This document shows positions 24,046 to 30,045 of a stretch of 30,045 bases of DNA, piece after piece. Source of the DNA: Bacteroidota bacterium (GTDB taxonomy: Bacteria > Bacteroidota > Ignavibacteria > UBA10030 > SZUA-254); NCBI GenBank assembly GCA_036002145.1, contig DASYTP010000009.1:1-30045 (forward strand). Reading direction: 5' to 3'. The position numbers were made by a program, and so were the translations under genes. How positions within the stretch are numbered: the stretch's first letter is position 1; every line of letters begins with the position of its first letter. Below the pieces are notes generated by a model. That model was not told where the DNA came from and did not search any database. It saw nothing but the letters and a program-made list of their open reading frames with translations.

Positions 24046-25920
24046 ATGAAAATCAAATTCGCATTGCTGATCCTGCTTGCGGTTGCAACAGTGATCCTTG
24101 TCAGCTGCGGCGGCGAGAAACGAGGGCGTGGAGGCCGTCCCGAGGCGCGATCCGATGTCCAGGAGGCCGCGATGAAGACATACGTGGCGCCGGGAGATAT
24201 GGATAAATATTATGCGTTCAAATCCGGCGGGCACTCCGGGCAGGTGTACATCTATGGCATTCCATCGATGCGCCACCTGGCCACCGTCCCGGTGTTCACT
24301 CCCTATCCTGCCACCGGGTATGGGTTCGATAAGGATTCGAAAGAAATGCTCGGTGGATTTACCTGGGGCGACGCACACCATCCTTCATTAAGTGAAACGA
24401 ACGGTGACTATGATGGACGCTGGCTGTTCATCTCCGACAATGCCAACAACAGGATGGCCCGTATCGATTTGCGCGACTTCAAGACAAAGCAAATACTGGG
24501 ACCGATCCCGAACGTCTCGGGCAACCACTGCTCATCGTTCGTTACGGAGAATACAGAGTATGTGCTTGCCGGTTCACGCTTTTCGGTTCCTCTCCCGAAA
24601 GGAACATACGAGAAGATTGAGGATTACGCGACAAAGTACAAGGGAATCGTCGCCGGTATTGCCGTCGACAAGCAAACCGGAACCATGTCTCTCGGCTGGG
24701 AAGTGCTGATGCCGCCGTTCGATTATGATTTAGGGGACGCGGGAAAAGGTCCGAGCAAGGATTGGGGATTCTGGACATGCTATAACAGCGAGCGCGCAAC
24801 AGGGAAGTTGGAAGTTACATCAACTCAGAAAGATCGTGATTATGTCGCCGCGGTCAACTGGCCCTCGGCGGAGCAGGCGATCAGGGATGGCAAGTTCAAA
24901 ACGATCGGCGGCGTGAAAGTCATCGATCCAAAGGATGCCGAGGGGGTTGTCTATCTCCTCCCGGCTGCGAAATCTCCTCACGGCGTCGATGTGAGTCCGG
25001 ACGGAAAATATATAGTCGCCAGCGGAAAGCTCCAGAGCATTACGACCGTCTTTAACATCGAAAAAATGTTGACGGCGATTCAGAAGAAAGATTTCACCGG
25101 CAACGAAGATGGAATCCCGGTTCTCAACTATGATGCAGTCAAGGATGCGGAAGTGAACGTCGGTCTTGGTCCGCTTCATACACAGTTCGATGACAAGGGA
25201 TATGCTTACACGTCGCTCTTTGTCGAGAGCGCTATTGCAAAGTGGAAGCTCGGCACATGGGAAGTCGTTGACAAGATACCGGTCTCCTACAATATCGGTC
25301 ACCTCTGCGCTTCCGAAGGCGATACCAGGCATCCCACCGGCGAATACCTCATCGCATTGAACAAGCTTTCGCACGGGCGCCATCTGAGCGTCGGCCCTTC
25401 ACAGCCGGAATCGTCACAGCTCATCGATATCAGCGGTGAAAAGATGTCGCTCCTGTACGATGCCTTCACGGAGCCGGAACCGCACTATGCGCAGATGATC
25501 AAGGCGGACAAACTCAAACCTATCGAAGTCTATCCGAAGGAAGAGAACAAGAGTGCCGAAGCAATCTGGGACGTCAAGGATGCGAAAGTTGCGCGCAACG
25601 GCAAGAACGTTGAAGTGCATATGATGGCCCAGCGATCAAACTTCGAGCCGAATACGGTGGAAGTGAACAAGGGCGATCATGTGACAATCTACCTGACGAA
25701 CATCGAGCAGACTACCGATGAGCTTCATGGATTCGGATTGAACGAATACAACATCAACGTTGTCGTCGATCCGGGAGAGACGAAGACCATTGATTTTGTC
25801 GCCGACAAAGCAGGCGTGTATCCGTTCTACTGCACGAACTTCTGCTCGGCGCTGCATCAGGAGATGCAAGGATATCTGCTCGTCAAGGGCAGCGGGGGAA
25901 AAGACGTCGCAGTGAAATAA
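24046..25920 (+). CDS. nosZ: Clade II (Sec-type, lipoprotein) nitrous oxide reductase
   Basis: Signal with lipobox LVSC, no Tat RR; CuZ His motifs DAHH, GNH, PHG, LHT, IGH, EPH; CuA motifs ELHG and CTNFCSALHQEM. Confidence 0.98.
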   Translation: MKIKFALLILLAVATVILVSCGGEKRGRGGRPEARSDVQEAAMKTYVAPGDMDKYYAFKSGGHSGQVYIYGIPSMRHLATVPVFTPYPATGYGFDKDSKEMLGGFTWGDAHHPSLSETNGDYDGRWLFISDNANNRMARIDLRDFKTKQILGPIPNVSGNHCSSFVTENTEYVLAGSRFSVPLPKGTYEKIEDYATKYKGIVAGIAVDKQTGTMSLGWEVLMPPFDYDLGDAGKGPSKDWGFWTCYNSERATGKLEVTSTQKDRDYVAAVNWPSAEQAIRDGKFKTIGGVKVIDPKDAEGVVYLLPAAKSPHGVDVSPDGKYIVASGKLQSITTVFNIEKMLTAIQKKDFTGNEDGIPVLNYDAVKDAEVNVGLGPLHTQFDDKGYAYTSLFVESAIAKWKLGTWEVVDKIPVSYNIGHLCASEGDTRHPTGEYLIALNKLSHGRHLSVGPSQPESSQLIDISGEKMSLLYDAFTEPEPHYAQMIKADKLKPIEVYPKEENKSAEAIWDVKDAKVARNGKNVEVHMMAQRSNFEPNTVEVNKGDHVTIYLTNIEQTTDELHGFGLNEYNINVVVDPGETKTIDFVADKAGVYPFYCTNFCSALHQEMQGYLLVKGSGGKDVAVK

Positions 25921-25943
25921 CCACTTACGGAAGAAGGGCAAGG

Positions 25944-26591
25944 ATGCAAAAGTTCTTGATGGCTGAAACAAGATTTTTTGAGACGCCGATCGATTTACGC
26001 AGCAGGGTGTTGATACTTCTCGCAGCGTTACTGCTTGTTCCGGCGTTCTTCTATCCATTATGGAACATGACGCTGTTCTCCAACCAATTTCCGGATGGAC
26101 TGGTCCTGAATATTTATTCGTCCAAACTGGAAGGCGGGAAAACACCAAACCGGGACGATCTCAAGGAGATCAACTCGCTCAATCATTACATCGGCATGCG
26201 GGCGCTGAAGGAGGATGATTTCACGGAGTTCAAATGGATTCCGTTCGTGATCGGCGGCACAATCCTCCTCGCCTTGAGGGTGATTGTACTCGGTAAGATG
26301 TCAAAACTCGTCGACCTGTTTGTCCTGTTCACCTATTTCGGGGTATTCTCCCTCTGGAGTTTTTATCACAAGCTGTATCTCTACGGGCACGAGCTTGATC
26401 CAACCGCCGCCGTGAAGGTGCCTCCCTTCACCCCTCCGATGTTCGGGCACACGACGATGGCGAATTTTGAGGTATACAGCTATCCCGAGGTCGGCTCGTA
26501 CTTCATGGCAAGCATGCCGCTGCTGTTACTGGCAGCAATCTGGCTATCAAGAAAAACCTGGATGAAGGAACGGAAGGCTGCCGGTGGGTAA
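25944..26591 (+). CDS. nosB: NosB membrane protein of clade II nos clusters
   Basis: PLW..L...QFPDGL.LNIY, INSLNHYIGM, YGHELDP.A.VKVPPFTPP; four hydrophobic segments; directly after nosZ. Confidence 0.88.
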   Translation: MQKFLMAETRFFETPIDLRSRVLILLAALLLVPAFFYPLWNMTLFSNQFPDGLVLNIYSSKLEGGKTPNRDDLKEINSLNHYIGMRALKEDDFTEFKWIPFVIGGTILLALRVIVLGKMSKLVDLFVLFTYFGVFSLWSFYHKLYLYGHELDPTAAVKVPPFTPPMFGHTTMANFEVYSYPEVGSYFMASMPLLLLAAIWLSRKTWMKERKAAGG

Positions 26592-27969
26592 CAGACTCAA
26601 CAAAGTGCTCTGCGCGATGGGTTTGGTGCTTAGTCTTTCGCATGGAATTCTTCGTTCACAAGGCCAGTCGCTCCAGTCGCGCATTGACATTGCCAGACCG
26701 GGCGATACTCTCACAGTGCAGAAGGGAGTTTACAACGGCAACCTGAGTATCACCAAACGGCTGATACTCACCGGTATCGGTCACCCGGTCATCCGCGGCG
26801 ATGGGTCAGGAAGCGTCATCACGATTCTGGCGGATTCGTGCGTCATCCGTGGATTCAACATCGAGCATGGCGGGAAGATGCTTGTGAACGAGGACGCGGG
26901 TATTCTTGTAAAATCCCGGGGGAATCGCCTCGAGGAAAACGCGGTACGGGACGTTCTCTTCGGCATGTATTTTTTTCATGCCGACAACAACATTGCGCGG
27001 AACAATCTCATCTCGGGAAGAAAAGAGCTCGGGCTGGGCGAACGGGGAAGCGGCATTCACATCTGGAACTCGCACGCCAACATATTCGTCAAGAATGCCA
27101 TAACCGACGTGCGCGACGGCTTCTACATCCAGAATGCGAATAGAATGCTCATCGAAGACAACGAAGTGTGGGGTGTGCGGTACGGATTGCACTATATGTA
27201 TGCCGACTCCAACACTTTTATCGGCAATAAATTCCATGACAATGTCGCGGGCGCAGCCATCATGTACTCGAAGAACATCCTCATGCGGCGTAACCTGTTC
27301 ACGCACAATCGGGGGTTTTCCTCCTTCGGCATCCTGCTTCAGGATTGCCATCACTCTCTGGCAGATTCCAATATCATCGGCGATAACGTAACCGGATTAT
27401 TCTTCGAGGCATCCACCGACAATCTCTTCCGCCATAACGTTATCGCACAGAATGACGACGCGCTGCAGATGTTCCAGAATTCCACCAACAATACGATCAC
27501 GGAAAACAATTTTATCGATAACCTGAACCCGCTGGTACTTGTGGGAAAACGGACCGACACACGCTGGAGCTCCAACGGAAAGGGGAATTATTGGAGCTCA
27601 TACGATGGGTATGACCTCGACGGGGATGGCGCCGGCGATGTCCCGATGAAGATCCAGAATGCCTTCCAGTACCTTGAAGGAAGAAACACGAACGTCCGGC
27701 TGTATCTCTATAGTCCGGTCTCGCAGGCGGTCGCCGCCGCAACAACTGCATTCCCGATTATCGACATCAATCAGGAAACGGACGAACACCCGCTGATGAA
27801 ACCGGTCGAGCTGCAATCGCTCGCACACATCATTGCCGGGCGCCGGCCGGGCATCGATGAGGGCGTCTCATTGCAATCGCTCGCTTCCATCCGGGTAGCC
27901 GGTCCGATGACAGGTTTTCTTATCGGCCTCATTCTGGTAATTCGCACATTACGAAAAGGTATCGCATGA
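26584..27969 (+). CDS. nosD: NosD maturation protein (beta-helix)
   Basis: Signal peptide; PGDTL.V..G.Y.GN, RGSGIHIWN, RYGLHYMY, GNYWSSYDGYDLDGDG.GD.P. Confidence 0.95.
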   Translation: MGNRLNKVLCAMGLVLSLSHGILRSQGQSLQSRIDIARPGDTLTVQKGVYNGNLSITKRLILTGIGHPVIRGDGSGSVITILADSCVIRGFNIEHGGKMLVNEDAGILVKSRGNRLEENAVRDVLFGMYFFHADNNIARNNLISGRKELGLGERGSGIHIWNSHANIFVKNAITDVRDGFYIQNANRMLIEDNEVWGVRYGLHYMYADSNTFIGNKFHDNVAGAAIMYSKNILMRRNLFTHNRGFSSFGILLQDCHHSLADSNIIGDNVTGLFFEASTDNLFRHNVIAQNDDALQMFQNSTNNTITENNFIDNLNPLVLVGKRTDTRWSSNGKGNYWSSYDGYDLDGDGAGDVPMKIQNAFQYLEGRNTNVRLYLYSPVSQAVAAATTAFPIIDINQETDEHPLMKPVELQSLAHIIAGRRPGIDEGVSLQSLASIRVAGPMTGFLIGLILVIRTLRKGIA

Positions 27970-28715
27970 TACAGGTGGAACATTTCACGAAAAAGTTCGG
28001 ATCGTTCATTGCCGCGGAAAATATATCCTTTGAAGTGAAAGAGGGAGAGGTGTTCGCACTTCTCGGTCCGAACGGAAGCGGTAAGACGACCACGATGAAG
28101 GCGATCGCCGGGCTCAATATCCCCACGTCCGGTCGAGTTCTTATCAACGGCGTGGATGCACACCAGGGACCAAAAGGGGCCAGAAATTTTCTCAGCTACC
28201 TGCCGCAGCGGGTTGTGTTTCCGGAGAACCTGACGGCACGGGAAGTGATGCGCTTCTACGGCCGCCTTCGCAATCTCCCGGTCGCGGCAGCCGATGATGC
28301 GCTCGCGAAAGCAGGGTTCAACGCCAGCCCGCCGAACGGGCAGCGTTGCTCCGATAAGCTGGTGAGCGAATTCTCAGGCGGGATGATTCAGCGACTCGGA
28401 TTGGCGGTAGTTGCGCTTCCTAATGCGCCGATTCTGTTGCTCGATGAGCCAACGGCAAATCTCGATCCTCAGGGGGTCAAGCATTTCCGGGAATTTATCC
28501 TGGAACAAAAGGAACAACGCAAGACTATCATCTTCTCGACCCACCTCCTGCAGGAAGCAGAACAACTGGCCGACCGCGTCGGTGTTTTCGTGGGAGGAAA
28601 ATTTGTCGCACAAGAATCCGTTGAGAATCTTCGCCGTGTGTATCGGGCGACGGGGGGAAGTATAGAGGACATGTATTTACAGTATGTCGGAGAAAGGAAG
28701 CATGAGAATGGTTAA
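27966..28715 (+). CDS. nosF: NosF ABC transporter ATPase
   Basis: GPNGSGKTT, FSGGM, LLLDEP, STH; between nosD and nosL/nosY. Confidence 0.93.
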   Translation: MIQVEHFTKKFGSFIAAENISFEVKEGEVFALLGPNGSGKTTTMKAIAGLNIPTSGRVLINGVDAHQGPKGARNFLSYLPQRVVFPENLTAREVMRFYGRLRNLPVAAADDALAKAGFNASPPNGQRCSDKLVSEFSGGMIQRLGLAVVALPNAPILLLDEPTANLDPQGVKHFREFILEQKEQRKTIIFSTHLLQEAEQLADRVGVFVGGKFVAQESVENLRRVYRATGGSIEDMYLQYVGERKHENG

Positions 28716-29196
28716 GTGTCCGCCGGAGCTCCGCCGCAGGCGGACGCCTTTGGCGAAGTTAGTTGGTGAGTGGTTAATTGTGTTCATATTCGTGAGCTTT
28801 GCCGGGTGTGGATCATCGGAAATTAAGCCGGTGGATGTTTTTCCAGAGGATAACTGCTCGAATTGCCGCATGGCGATTTCTGATCAATCTTTCGCATCTG
28901 AAATCATCACAACTCAGAACGAGATCCTTAAATTTGACGATATCGGGTGCCTGGAACAATACCGGCAACAGTCCGACGAACTCGACATCGCCGCGACATT
29001 CCTTATGACCTATGAATCGAAACAGTGGCTGCCTCTCGAGAAAAGTTTCATCGTGAAGACAGGCATCAAGACTCCCATGGGCTCCGGGAAGGTTGCGTTC
29101 GCCGATTCACTCAAAGCAACAGAGTGTTCTTTGAAATATCCTGTAACGGCAATGACGAGCAGCGGTCATGGCTGTTGCCTGAAGGAGAGCGATTGA
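28702..29196 (+). CDS. nosL: NosL copper-chaperone lipoprotein (start uncertain: 28684, 28702 or 28708)
   Basis: Lipobox FAGC, CSNCRM (CxxCxM), FDDIGC, TPMGSG..AF. Confidence 0.9.
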   Translation: MRMVKCPPELRRRRTPLAKLVGEWLIVFIFVSFAGCGSSEIKPVDVFPEDNCSNCRMAISDQSFASEIITTQNEILKFDDIGCLEQYRQQSDELDIAATFLMTYESKQWLPLEKSFIVKTGIKTPMGSGKVAFADSLKATECSLKYPVTAMTSSGHGCCLKESD

Positions 29197-29197
29197 C

Positions 29198-30028
29198 ATG
29201 AGCATGAACACCGTAATGACCATTGCCCGACAGGAACTCATCGTCAACATCCGCAACAAATGGACAATCATCTTTGCTGTCATCTTCGGGGCGTTGGTTG
29301 TTGCTATTTCCTACTTCGGAATCATGGCAGAAGGATTCTCCGGGATGCAGAATTTTACCCGCACCTCTGCGAGCATGTTGAACCTCGTCCTCTACATAGT
29401 TCCCCTCGTCGCATTGACGATGGGGACGCTGAGCTTCACAGGCGACAAAGGATCGACGGAATTGCTTTTTTCGCAGCCGATCTCACGGGCCGAAGTGCTG
29501 TGCGGAAAACTCCTCGGCGTATTTTCTTCGATGGCGCTGTCTACACTCGGGGGGTTCACCGTCGCCGGCGCAATCATCGTCGGCAACACCGGCACGGATG
29601 GTCTCCCGCAATATGTATCGTTCGTGCTTCTCTCCCTCGTGCTCTCGATGGTCTTTCTGAGCATCGCCGTGCTCGTAGCGACATGCAGCCGCCGGAAGTC
29701 AAAAGCGTTCGGCATCTCGCTGTTCCTGTGGTTCTTCTTTGTCCTGTTCTATGATTTGCTCGCGCTCGGCGGGACGCTGCTGCTCAAGGGACAATCATCA
29801 AATTATTTCTTGTTCCTCTCGCTGTTCGGAAACCCGGTCGATATGGTGCGGGTCGCATCGTTGATTCTCCTCGACAACGTTACCATCTTCGGAGCCGCAG
29901 GAGCAGCCCTGCTAAGGTTCCTCGGCGGGGAGACATTGAGTATTGTCCTTCTCGTTGGAATGCTCTTGCTCTGGACGGTGATCCCGCTCTTCACCGCACA
30001 ACGGATGTTAAAGGGACAGGATATTTAG
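29198..30028 (+). CDS. nosY: NosY ABC transporter permease
   Basis: IARQEL..IRNKW, SMLNLVLYIVPLVAL, ELLFSQPISR, NPVD..R; about six TMs. Confidence 0.93.
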   Translation: MSMNTVMTIARQELIVNIRNKWTIIFAVIFGALVVAISYFGIMAEGFSGMQNFTRTSASMLNLVLYIVPLVALTMGTLSFTGDKGSTELLFSQPISRAEVLCGKLLGVFSSMALSTLGGFTVAGAIIVGNTGTDGLPQYVSFVLLSLVLSMVFLSIAVLVATCSRRKSKAFGISLFLWFFFVLFYDLLALGGTLLLKGQSSNYFLFLSLFGNPVDMVRVASLILLDNVTIFGAAGAALLRFLGGETLSIVLLVGMLLLWTVIPLFTAQRMLKGQDI

Positions 30029-30045
30029 CCGTCATGAATGAAAAA

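Noticed and set aside
5804-28701. Longest-ORF starts at 5804, 6941, 16976, 21325 and 28684
   Set aside because: These extensions run through hairpins, promoter/leader DNA or upstream genes. Downstream ATGs (5897, 7067, 17120, 21379, about 28702) fit RBS position or family N-termini better.
1-30045. FNR boxes, CRISPR arrays, tRNA/rRNA, transposases
   Set aside because: By eye I found no intergenic TTGAT-N4-ATCAA, no regularly spaced repeats, and no RNA-gene or transposase signatures.
30034-30045. Next ORF start (MNEK...)
   Set aside because: Only four codons are visible, so it cannot be identified.

Overview
A gene-dense window with every supported gene on the + strand, from an anaerobic-respiration region. 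The gene content and style would fit an Ignavibacteria/Bacteroidota-Chlorobi-like organism, but that is inference only. Four blocks. (1) 1-7570: 3' part of pyruvate:ferredoxin oxidoreductase (nifJ), an unannotated 46-aa membrane peptide, a DHODH-like flavoprotein, a soluble PAS-PAS HisKA_3 kinase with a NarL-type regulator, a stand-alone receiver, a ManC-like nucleotidyltransferase and a lipoprotein. (2) 7871-16711: an uncharacterised sigma54-linked module. Two GcvH-fold proteins, both with Asn at the lipoyl-Lys position, flank a 4x[4Fe-4S] + NrfD/HybB membrane pair that has no catalytic subunit. They are followed by a kinase with periplasmic heme-c motifs, a cysteine-synthase-family enzyme, an NtrC-type regulator, archaemetzincin and an Fe-S Rrf2 regulator. 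(3) 17120-23983: NapH/MauN-like polyferredoxin, hemerythrin-like protein, and a GltD/DsrL-like NAD(P)H flavoprotein directly ahead of a Rieske/cytochrome b/pentaheme cytochrome c complex. (4) 24046-30028: clade II nitrous oxide reductase cluster nosZ-B-D-F-L-Y. The strongest candidates for undescribed systems are block 2 and the flavoprotein-bc complex-NosZ chain. I also see sigma54 promoters and enhancer-like sites, structured intergenic hairpins, and short palindromes inserted in frame in three CDSs. I found no rRNA, tRNA, CRISPR array or transposase.
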